The position numbers were made by a program, and so were the translations under genes. Positions 9,108-17,784 of a stretch of 32,000 nucleotides of DNA are shown here, piece after piece. Source of the stretch: an archaeon (GTDB lineage: Archaea; Asgardarchaeota; Thorarchaeia; Thorarchaeales; Thorarchaeaceae); NCBI GenBank assembly GCA_024275415.1, contig JAJRZD010000058.1, positions 1-32,000 on the forward strand, read 5' to 3'. A model generated the notes under the pieces. It had not been told where the DNA came from, ran no database searches, and saw only the letters and a program-made list of their open reading frames with translations. Positions within the stretch are counted from its first letter, which is position 1. Each line of letters begins with the position of its first letter.

Positions 9108-9791
9108 ATGCAACTATATCTTCGATGGACTGCTATATCCGGACTACTCATTGCTATGTTTTATCTCGTAATTCAAAGAACTGGGATTCCTCCTGATGCA
9201 ACAGGGGTAATCCCTACAATCTCTTTCATCACCTTTGTAAGTCTTGCAGGACTATTGATGTTCTTAGAAATCATGATTCTGGGTGCAACATTGTCTTTAA
9301 GCATTTGGCGTTCAGCTGCAATAACTTGGGTCACATCAAATAGTGAAGAAAAGATTACACCATCGGACATCCAGCTACTACGAAGAGCTGCTGCAATTCC
9401 TTACAGAAACGTACAGATTGGTATCTCACCTTTGGCTCTTGCATTAGTACTTGCTATAGTTTCTCTCCCAATCGGTAAGACTCTCATCACATCTCCCGAA
9501 CTTGAATTAGTCGACTGGATTCTAGTTATGACATGGGTTTCTCTTGGTTTTAATATCCTGATTGAATATAGTCATATGCGACTGGAAACCAAGTATTCCC
9601 AACTACCTGAAGCACAACTGGTTCAGACTCTAACCATAGCAAATCCTGTTCGAGTACCATTTTCCGGTATCATCGATGTGCTAGATTCCCCAGCACCAGA
9701 GAAAAATCCAAGGATATATCTAATGGTGCTTGTCCTGCTTGTTATTTTATGGAGTATGTCTGTGATTATCCTCTCTGGATTGCTTCAATGA
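9108..9791 (+). CDS. Multi-pass membrane protein of unknown function
   Basis: 227-aa ORF with about 5 hydrophobic segments. Confidence 0.7.
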   Translation: MQLYLRWTAISGLLIAMFYLVIQRTGIPPDATGVIPTISFITFVSLAGLLMFLEIMILGATLSLSIWRSAAITWVTSNSEEKITPSDIQLLRRAAAIPYRNVQIGISPLALALVLAIVSLPIGKTLITSPELELVDWILVMTWVSLGFNILIEYSHMRLETKYSQLPEAQLVQTLTIANPVRVPFSGIIDVLDSPAPEKNPRIYLMVLVLLVILWSMSVIILSGLLQ

Positions 9792-10164
9792 TGGACATAT
9801 CGTTTATGGGACTAGGAATTCCTACAAGAAAAGCTAGAAGAAAAATGGCGTCTATTGCTTCAAGAAAAACTCCCAGATCTCCCGAAAAGTTTCAGTCCCG
9901 TATGTATACCCATTATATGGCATAAGGCCAGTCTTTCCTGATGCCCTGTTTTGATGGTGACAGGGTAAGTCTGAAATCTTCACAGGATGGCAATCATGTT
10001 CCAAGTATGCAGCCCAGAGTGTGTTGAACACAGCGTGAGGACTTGTTCCGATTGTGGTGAACCAAGACCCTCTTAGAGAGTCTATCATATTCATGCTTCA
10101 GCAATGGTGGCTACAGCAGATTAGATTAACCCATCTACAAACTTTGCAGTTCCTGATAGCACCA

Positions 10165-11380
10165 TTATTGAGGGTTTGGTTCGGTCATAGAATGTTCGAG
10201 TAGCCTCCTCACCTGACTGAGCAATAATCTACTTATCCGTGATAGAGAAGGTAGTTTTAGCTTTCTAAGTGTGTTTTTAGAAATTGGTCTTTTGAGGTAA
10301 TCAAATCTATGGAATGCCATGAATAGCACTTCTGTCGCAGAACCTCGTCCAGCTTTTCTCTTACCCTGTTTACTAGTCATTCCTCCCAATCCTTTGACCC
10401 AATTCTCATGGATAGTTCTTGCCTTTCCCGATGATAATTTACTTATTCGTAGATAATTCTGATGATGTTGATTCCACAAATTCTTGAATTTACCCTTTGA
10501 GAAGGTAATGACATCTGCTTTGGCTATAATCCCATCTGGATAGACCCAAAAGAAAGCTGACCAGTTTTGGGTCGATTGGGGTGGTTCAAAACGAGCTGGG
10601 AGCAAGATTCCTTGTAATCCTTTCTCCATGTATTCAAGTTGCCTGGTGCTTGATTGTACATATAGACCTGAAAACTCGCTTTCGATCTCCTTGTGAATCT
10701 TCTTTAATTCTTGAGATGTTTGCCTTCTTGTCATTGGACTCGGAGGTGTTTCCACATACACATTGGCAACATCGGTGACAAAGCTCTCAAGATGCCCAGT
10801 AGTATAGAGATCCTCGATTGCAGTCTGAACCGAACCATCATCCAATTCTAGATCGTCCGAATCTCTGTCTATAGCAATGTTATGTTCCCAGGACATTTCT
10901 TCTAAATACAGACCCTGAATGGCATCAACAGTTTCTGCGCTCAAGTGTGCAAGAAACGAATCGCCTCTCATAGCTAATAGACTTCTGATGAAGTTGATAT
11001 ACGATGCAGTAAATGGTTCGCCTTTTGACAGTTCAATGTCACTAACAACAATGGTCACATCCTTCTTCATGTATGGTGTGCGTTTGACTCCTTTCTGTAT
11101 ACTGACAAAATCCGATGCTTGGGCATGGGGTACTTCACCTCTCCTGATAGAAACGGTAGGCGGAGGTGCTAACGATCGAGTGCCAAACATCTCGTCCATC
11201 CTCTTATTAGCCGCATCCATCAGAGGATTCCATTGTTTGGAAAACCGCCATATTTGATATTTCCATTTTCCTCTGAACCATACCCATACGAAGAATGCAG
11301 TAATAGTGAAAGACACAGCCGCATTAATGATTATCTCAAATATCGCTATTTGGATGGCGAACCCCTCCTACGAATATCAT
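10165..11380 (-). pseudogene. Membrane-anchored protein with a C-terminal ASCH/PUA-like region; 1-nt frameshift near the 5' end
   Basis: ATG at 11380 (3 nt after the upstream stop) gives MIFVGG; removing one G from the run at 11362-11365 continues into FAIQIAIFEIIINAAVSF and the long ORF. The C-terminal FWVY..GIIAKADV..LWNQ..RPIS pattern resembles ASCH. Confidence 0.55.
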
Positions 11381-11383
11381 TAG

Positions 11384-11770
11384 CTAATGAGTAATCATGA
11401 ACTCGTGAATCCGCATCAAGTATGTCTTGAAGCAGGACTGCTCTCTACAGATGAAGTCTTTTTCACCCCTTTCCTCCATTATTGACCATAAGTTATCAAA
11501 GGTGATAGTTGTTTCACAGACCGGACATTTGTATTGCCCATCAAGGAACTGTTCCAAGATTCCTTCTTTCTTCAACTTTCTTCTAACTTCTTGAGTGGAG
11601 GCAGGTCGCCAACCGGCTCCTGATCTAGTCATTCTTTTCTGAGCTGTTATGGTACCTAATAATACCCCCATTCCCACGCCCACTAGGATTTCAATCATTC
11701 TCATCACCTCTGGTGATTCTAACACTAAATATTCCCATTGAACTGCGTAAACACTCTCGTTCCTTTTCAA
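11384..11770 (-). CDS. Small membrane-anchored protein with a putative Zn site (CPVC...CREQSC)
   Basis: N-terminal hydrophobic helix IEILVGVGMGVLLG and four cysteines; true start is probably the internal MIEIL. Confidence 0.65.
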   Translation of the reverse strand: MKRNESVYAVQWEYLVLESPEVMRMIEILVGVGMGVLLGTITAQKRMTRSGAGWRPASTQEVRRKLKKEGILEQFLDGQYKCPVCETTITFDNLWSIMEERGEKDFICREQSCFKTYLMRIHEFMITH

Positions 11771-11925
11771 AATATAGTTGTTTCGGATGTGTCATCCCCT
11801 TATAAAATGGTCTTACATACTGTAGTGTGTCCTGAAAGAATTTATTTTTTTACCGACCCTAACTGATGAGTCATCTGTCCTCAGATAGTGTGAAATGCTT
11901 GTCAGCAAGTTCATGGCTTGGTTAG

Positions 11926-12195
11926 CGAACACATACTGGAAGAGCAGAAATATTGAATCCACGCTTTGAACACAATGGAGTTTCACTTGGTGTCGAAGCC
12001 AAGTATTCTGAAGGAAAGATGCGTTTTCCTATCAGAAGTGCATTAGGACAAATACTAGAATACAATCCAATCCATAGCGGATAGAACCTCACTTTAGCAA
12101 TCGATGACCATTCCCTGTCAAGCGATATTGAAGAAAATGTTGAACAATCATTCGATTTTCCACGTGGAGAATCATCACAAGAAACCTTAAGATAG
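11926..12195 (+). pseudogene. Remnant of a PD-(D/E)xK nuclease
   Basis: The frame reads TGRAEILNPRFEHNGVSLGVEAK...ALGQILEY..*NLTLAID; TAG at 12082-12084; no start codon. Confidence 0.5.
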
Positions 12196-12264
12196 GGGAA
12201 ACCTTAATCATGGTCGTGTAGAATCTGTGCACTAATCAGGCGATATATTTCTGGGGGCGGAGAG

Positions 12265-12708
12265 ATGTCAGAAGGAACACGGAACAACCCGCGAAGAGTA
12301 TCAGTGAGATGGTTCAAACCAATTCCGTATTCAGATCTGCGCGACTGGAAGGGTGAGTACTATGAGGTTCTCTATGTGGTTTACAAGGGGTCGGAAATCC
12401 TCTACGTTGGGATGGCATACGACCAATATGTTGACATACGACTTGGAAACCATCACAAGCTCTCTGAGATAGCGAAAATCGAAAATCAGAGAGGACTTGT
12501 TATCTCGTTTGGAGAATTGCGATTGAAACATGGAAGACGACTTAGTAGACGGCTGGTCGAAGAGATTGAGAACCTGCTCATATTTTACTACGAGCCCAAG
12601 TACAACAAACGAGGCATTTATACGTACACGGGACGCGAACTTGTCATCCGTAACAGCGGACCCGGAAATCCGTTTGACCAAACTGTTTCAAGCTTACAAC
12701 TCGACTGA
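12265..12708 (+). CDS. GIY-YIG superfamily nuclease
   Basis: VLYVVY..ILYVGMA, RL..H, EEIENLLI and PKYNKR match the GIY-YIG Y/G/R/E/N pattern. Confidence 0.75.
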   Translation: MSEGTRNNPRRVSVRWFKPIPYSDLRDWKGEYYEVLYVVYKGSEILYVGMAYDQYVDIRLGNHHKLSEIAKIENQRGLVISFGELRLKHGRRLSRRLVEEIENLLIFYYEPKYNKRGIYTYTGRELVIRNSGPGNPFDQTVSSLQLD

Positions 12709-13002
12709 TTCTAATGAAGGATCTACAGGAACGTATACACCATCTTAAAGTTGCTAGCTCCGCAATTTTGAACTTGTATATGATGTGATTTGGGAACGAC
12801 TAAGGTCAGCTCATAGTTGGAGGGCTTAGTCGTTCGTTCGGTGTATAGTCGGCACTACTCACCTGCATGGAAAGTCTGGCTCAGAAACGTTTTTGGAAAT
12901 AAATGACAATGGTATTCTTGCGTGGAAAGGGATTTCCGTTCAGAAGTTAGTTAAGGGCATATGAATGAATAATTAGATTGACTCGAAGTTTCGGGTGAGG
13001 TA

Positions 13003-13567
13003 GTGACAAAACCACATCCATGGCAGTTGACGAACTGGATTGTATTAGTTATTGCAATATTAGTCATGATAGTTCAAGACATCGCTGGACTAGTTGGATT
13101 AACACTTCAAGGAGTGATGTCAATCATTCTAGAATTATTGGTGTCCTCTTCATTGGTGTTTCACTTCTTGGCAAAGGTCAGCCTCCAAACGTTGACCGGT
13201 CGAAAACGCTGGATTCTCATTGACTACAGTAGTAGGTCTGTTCTTTGGGATTAGTATGTTGCTGTTCCCGAAGTTTATCATTGATATCATCGAGATTTCG
13301 TATCTGCATGGGGAAACTGCGAGGGCAAGATGCATAGGAGTGTGGGCACTAGCTGGTGCAGTGTTTGCGTTCTTTGTGAAAGATAAGAGCCACTCAAGCC
13401 TCCGCCAGTCGATATTCATCCTGTACGACATCATCTTTATCCTGATGATCATTGTCGAGCTGCTCGCATACTTTCTCGGACTGGCAGGAGTCATGATCTG
13501 GATCATAATCGTAATCCACTCGCTCTTTGCAATTCTCTACACGTATCTTTTCGTAGAGAACCACTAG
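13003..13567 (+). pseudogene. Membrane protein, apparently one gene split by a frameshift near 13220
   Basis: Two overlapping hydrophobic ORFs (13003..13254, 13220..13567) join into a continuous TM segment WILI/TTVVGLFFG. Confidence 0.5.
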
Positions 13568-13757
13568 ACTCAAACTATGATCTATGGAAACAACGATAGA
13601 AGTCGAGTTTCTCAATCGAATTGTATTTGGATGCTCCGTTCTACTCGAATATGAGAATCGGATATCAAAAACAGTTTTGGGGTTGCTCTTCCAGCAAGCA
13701 GTAACACACGATTTTAATATAAATCGCTGAATCACACGCAACAGGATTGTAGTAGAT

Positions 13758-14474
13758 GTGATGCCTCCCACGAGAGATATTATTGATGAGATTCTAAGGG
13801 ATAATCCTAAGCTTGACGTAAATGCGATTCATGCCCGAACGTGGGATAAAATGAAGGAGTACCGAAGCAGATATTTCAAAGAGCAAGTGGATATCTTTAT
13901 TGATTCGCTAGAGATTTCGGATGAGGCAAAGCGAATCGTCCGAAATGCACTCTTAGAGCCAGTTGTGATAGACGATGTGGAGTACGAGAGTTTCCTTGTT
14001 GGTATCGGAAGAAAGATGAGCCAAAGTATCCAACCAAGAAGTGGAAAATCAGCAGAGTACTGTGGTGAGATTGAATTACAACGACAGGGGCTAGAGCGAG
14101 GCGTACACTTTACTGTAAGAAACAAGCGTTCTGATTTGACGCTTTACCATCCGGATCTCGAATCACCCAAAGCAACTCATCGAGTTGAGGTAAAGAATAT
14201 GAAGATTAGAGAGCGTGGTGTTCGGGGTCTTTCGTTCGATGGAGATTCTCTCTTCGGTTTCTTTGATGAGCCAGGTGAATTCACAGAAGGAGAATTACAG
14301 GTGATAGAAAGGAAGTTGGGGCAAACAGGCGGGTATGTGTATTTGCCAATAGGTACGTTGAAGAGTATAGAAGCAAAAATAGATAAGGATCTCAATCACA
14401 TATTGCGCGAGAATACGAGATTTGGCCCTGATATGGCAAAGTTTGTTCAAACTGGAAGCATCCCTAGGGACTAG
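13758..14474 (+). CDS. Type II restriction endonuclease (PD-(D/E)xK; Ecl18kI/EcoRII-C-like motifs)
   Basis: RSGKSAE, SDLTL, VEVKNMKIRER; convergent with and overlapping a methyltransferase by 11 nt. Confidence 0.75.
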   Translation: MMPPTRDIIDEILRDNPKLDVNAIHARTWDKMKEYRSRYFKEQVDIFIDSLEISDEAKRIVRNALLEPVVIDDVEYESFLVGIGRKMSQSIQPRSGKSAEYCGEIELQRQGLERGVHFTVRNKRSDLTLYHPDLESPKATHRVEVKNMKIRERGVRGLSFDGDSLFGFFDEPGEFTEGELQVIERKLGQTGGYVYLPIGTLKSIEAKIDKDLNHILRENTRFGPDMAKFVQTGSIPRD

Positions 14475-15354
14475 GGGGTTTCCAAAAGTCAAGGATATAC
14501 TCGAAAGTCGTTCCTAGCGTGATATAGTTATTGGGCCACCCGAAAATTCCAGCTTTGTTCACAAGGTTTCTTCGATCCCATATGATTATATTGCGTAACT
14601 CATATCCTACTCGTTCCATGACCTCAACTGTGTAGATGTGAATAGGAATTCGCTTGTTCTCCCACCACAAGTCAGTGATGTTAATGACACAGTGTGCCTT
14701 AGGTCTAAGCAGTGGAAGGATTCCTTTGTAAATTTCGCCCAACGTTTCAGTATACGGATGTGCTTTCATAGTCCCAAGATCACGAGGGTCATCTGAATAT
14801 TGTTGAACAGTATCATAGTGTTCGTTTTTCCGGAGGTCACCTCGTATGCTCTTATTCTTCCTCGGACGATTGAGCATGTTAGAATATGGAGGCGAGGTCA
14901 CACACAACGAGATTGTTTCTTCTTCGAAATACTTTGGGATATTATGTGAATCATCACATATTGCTAATTGTTGAGAATCGCCTTCCAAGCGCGTTTGCCC
15001 AAGTCTAGAAAGTGACAGATCAACATAGTCCTGCTTGAGATCGAACCCAACCGCATTCCGATCAAGATCCTGAGCTGCGACAAGGGTCGTGCCACTTCCG
15101 ACGAAGGGATCCAGAACTAACTCTCCTTTGTGAGTGAACAATTGGATACATTTTGTAGGGAGACCTATTGGAAACACTGCCGGATGGATCTTCTTGTCGC
15201 GGATGTCGCGTTTTTCGTAGAAAAACTCCCATATCGCAACTTGACTCTTCATCCATTCCTTTGCCGTCATGCAATTAATATGATTTGATTTACAATTGCA
15301 TGTTTGTGTATGCCCGATTTTCAAAGGCTGGGTGATTTTTTGCGAGGACTGCAT
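14464..15354 (-). CDS. Amino-methyltransferase (probably N4-cytosine) with permuted motif order
   Basis: HPAVFP and DPFVGSGTT (motifs X/I) precede TSPPY (motif IV). Confidence 0.9.
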   Translation of the reverse strand: MQSSQKITQPLKIGHTQTCNCKSNHINCMTAKEWMKSQVAIWEFFYEKRDIRDKKIHPAVFPIGLPTKCIQLFTHKGELVLDPFVGSGTTLVAAQDLDRNAVGFDLKQDYVDLSLSRLGQTRLEGDSQQLAICDDSHNIPKYFEEETISLCVTSPPYSNMLNRPRKNKSIRGDLRKNEHYDTVQQYSDDPRDLGTMKAHPYTETLGEIYKGILPLLRPKAHCVINITDLWWENKRIPIHIYTVEVMERVGYELRNIIIWDRRNLVNKAGIFGWPNNYITLGTTFEYILDFWKPPSP

Positions 15355-15405
15355 TTTACTCGACCATGAAATCGAATAAAGCTATTAAAGCTCTTCCTAA
15401 AAGAT

Positions 15406-15537
15406 GGCTCTGTGTGAAAAGTCAGCTGGAGGGTTCTGTTTGAAATCAGCATGGATGATTGCGTGTCAAAATTCCAACACCTCACTCCTTACCACCATCG
15501 ATCTTATGATGTCCGGTCGGACTTTTCACACAACTCC
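15406..15537. mobile_element. 132-bp MITE, copy 1
   Basis: Left end is identical to the IS TIR; right end is GACTTTTCACACAACTCC; about 85% identical to 21102..21233 by manual alignment. Confidence 0.85.
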
Positions 15538-15557
15538 CACGATTTCATATTCCTTAT

Positions 15558-16046
15558 ATGAGTCGCTGTGATATTGATAGGACAAAGATGATGTTGCTGG
15601 AATTCTTTGATGAAAAGGCATATCGGTTCTTTGATGCACTACATGTGGGTGTTGTCATCCTCGATTCGAACGATCGAATTGTCCTCTTCAACCAGATGGC
15701 AGGAAAAATGCTCGGGCAAGACCCGTCTAGTCGAATCAATAGTTCGATCTTGAGATGCCATCCCGAACGTGCCGAACCCGGTGTGAAAAAGATGATAGAC
15801 CAGTTGAAGTCTGGTGAGTTGAAGGAGTACTCTGGCTGGGTGAACTTTCAACACCGCATCTATTGGGAACACATCTATCCGATAAGGAACGAAAAAGGAG
15901 ATTACCTTGCTACGGTCATGGAGCTTCACGATGGCTCTGCTAAGGCGCGACTGCTCGAACTTGAAGGAGAATTCGTCAAACCTGAACTGCACGGGGTCGG
16001 CGAAAGTTCTCCCCGAAGCCCTGTTCCCGAGTCCGAACTAAGATAG
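15558..16046 (+). CDS. Stand-alone PAS-domain protein
   Basis: FDALHVGVVILDSNDRIVLFNQMA..MLG, CHP, and PIRNEKGDYLATV are PAS signatures. Confidence 0.85.
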   Translation: MSRCDIDRTKMMLLEFFDEKAYRFFDALHVGVVILDSNDRIVLFNQMAGKMLGQDPSSRINSSILRCHPERAEPGVKKMIDQLKSGELKEYSGWVNFQHRIYWEHIYPIRNEKGDYLATVMELHDGSAKARLLELEGEFVKPELHGVGESSPRSPVPESELR

Positions 16047-16370
16047 TCCCTTTGCTCATATGGTCGCAGGGTAAAAGCCCGGCTCTATCGTTTCATCACA
16101 TTTCGGAAATGTTGTATCCATCTGCGATATCCTCCAACTCAGAATCAGAACTGCAAAAAAATGGTTCAATCTATTGTCGTTCGTGCAACATGGATCCAAT
16201 TCCTTACGTTGGTCGTACTAACAGCAGAACTTTGCCACTCTGAGTTTAACATGGATTGGTATCTAATCATTCAAACGAAAATACTTGTGTGTGCATTCTA
16301 ATAAAATTCAGCAAGTCGTCAGGTTCCAAAATCAATGGATTCCAGACATGTGATACCTAATTAAATAAGA

Positions 16371-16377
16371 TATATAA
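16371..16377 (+). promoter_or_regulatory. TATA box of the CARF-HTH gene
   Basis: TATATAA 26-32 nt upstream of the ATG at 16403. Confidence 0.55.
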
Positions 16378-16402
16378 TGGAACACTATGACTGAATATCG
16401 AA

Positions 16403-17107
16403 ATGACTGCAAAGAAACGTATTGTGTATATTGCGACTGTTGGGAGTAGTATTGAACCAGTTCAAAAGGGAATTCTCTATGCATCGCCTGATATCGCATA
16501 TCTTCTATTTGGGGCAAGTCCAAAGCTTAAAGAGAGAAATCCAGAGCTTGTCGCACGGAAGGTTAAGGAGAACATAAAACCATTGGGGCTAACAAAATGT
16601 CATCTCCGAGAGATTGATGCTTTCTCCTTAGAGAGTGTTATGACCGAGGTTATCAAAATCTGGCAGAAACACATGAAGGACAGAATCATCGCCAATATGA
16701 CAGGGGGAACTAACATTATGGCTTCTGCCTGTCTTCTTGCAGGTTTCACTGCATCCGCAGATGTGATCTATGTGAAGGAAGTGCAGGAAGGAGAAGATAT
16801 TCCACTTCGTGAGCAAGTCATCGTTCTTCCAACTCCGAGAATCCCTCTCACTAGCTTGACTGACGAACAACAGGAGATACTCCGACTACTCCTGAATGAA
16901 ACTGAGGCTGGCACAACTCTTCTCGCAAGGGCAAATAGCAGAATTGCAGACCATATGAAAGTAACGCCTCAGACAATTTCGCACCACCTTAAACGCATGG
17001 AACAGAAGGCATTGATACGCCGGGAGAAGGAAGGTAGGCACCTGAATGTAGAACTAACCCCATCAGGGCTTCTATTTGCAAGAATGCTTGAAAAAACAAA
17101 AGAGTGA
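16403..17107 (+). CDS. csa3: Csa3-like CARF-winged-HTH transcriptional regulator
   Basis: N-terminal CARF (YIATVGSSIEP, IIANMTGGTNIMA, DVIYV) and C-terminal wHTH (IADHMKVTPQTISHHLKRME..LI...GR...ELTPSG). Confidence 0.8.
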   Translation: MTAKKRIVYIATVGSSIEPVQKGILYASPDIAYLLFGASPKLKERNPELVARKVKENIKPLGLTKCHLREIDAFSLESVMTEVIKIWQKHMKDRIIANMTGGTNIMASACLLAGFTASADVIYVKEVQEGEDIPLREQVIVLPTPRIPLTSLTDEQQEILRLLLNETEAGTTLLARANSRIADHMKVTPQTISHHLKRMEQKALIRREKEGRHLNVELTPSGLLFARMLEKTKE

Positions 17108-17119
17108 AATGATGCATAT

Positions 17120-17140
17120 ATTTCGATTGTGTATCGAAAT
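17120..17140. promoter_or_regulatory. Perfect palindrome ATTTCGAT-N5-ATCGAAAT, candidate operator
   Basis: 8-5-8 inverted repeat between the regulator gene and the viperin remnant. Confidence 0.5.
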
Positions 17141-17183
17141 GTAAGAGAAATTATTTTAGTATATTGTACCCCTACTTTAAACT

Positions 17184-17400
17184 ATGATTCCCAGAACCAA
17201 GTGGATAGATGATACGCCCTCCCAGAACTCGGATCTTTCAGTTAGAAGTGTTAACTGGCACGTTTGGCCACACTGCAACTATTCTTGTAAATTCTGCTTT
17301 GTATCGACCACCTCGCATACAAATGCCTTGAAATACGGATGTGGAGAAATTGTAGGAAGGCTGTCAAGATGGTAACCGAACGCATTCAACTTCGGTCGGG
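17184..17400 (+). pseudogene. Viperin-like radical SAM remnant
   Basis: SVNWHVWPHCNYSCKFCF matches the viperin SVNxH..CNYxCxFCF signature; 17368-17396 reads DG/TERI/NFG across two 1-nt shifts. Confidence 0.65.
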
Positions 17401-17784
17401 TCAGTCGCATCTCGCGCTATCAATCACTCAGCCTCAGTATTCATCCTTTATGCCTTGTGTCATTTCATCTTGAGAGTCAGATCATCTACATCCACAACAT
17501 CATTGTAGGTGTAATCGTTGGTGACATTTCCGGATGAAAATCACAGTAATATACAGTTAGGTGAACTTGATCATCTTCACAGACAGTACTCGAGGATCAA
17601 ATTTATCCAGCTTTGTAGAATAATTCGTATGTTACAAAGAAATACAGCAGGATCCGAACTCGGTCATGTCACTTTGCAGACAGTTCGAAAGGGAATGACT
17701 CACGATTCTAATCAAACAATTGTGGACTAGTAGACTTTTTCTACAGGGTTAATTTAGCCGGATGATTAATAAGTTCGATAATAC

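Noticed and set aside
9852-10094. 80-aa minus-strand ORF
   Set aside because: Short, with no motif or clear expression signals.
8305-12084. In-frame TAG codons (8305, 12082) as pyrrolysine read-through
   Set aside because: Both genes have other lesions (frameshift, IS truncation, missing start); the 8305 context fits TGG to TAG; no pyl genes are in the window.
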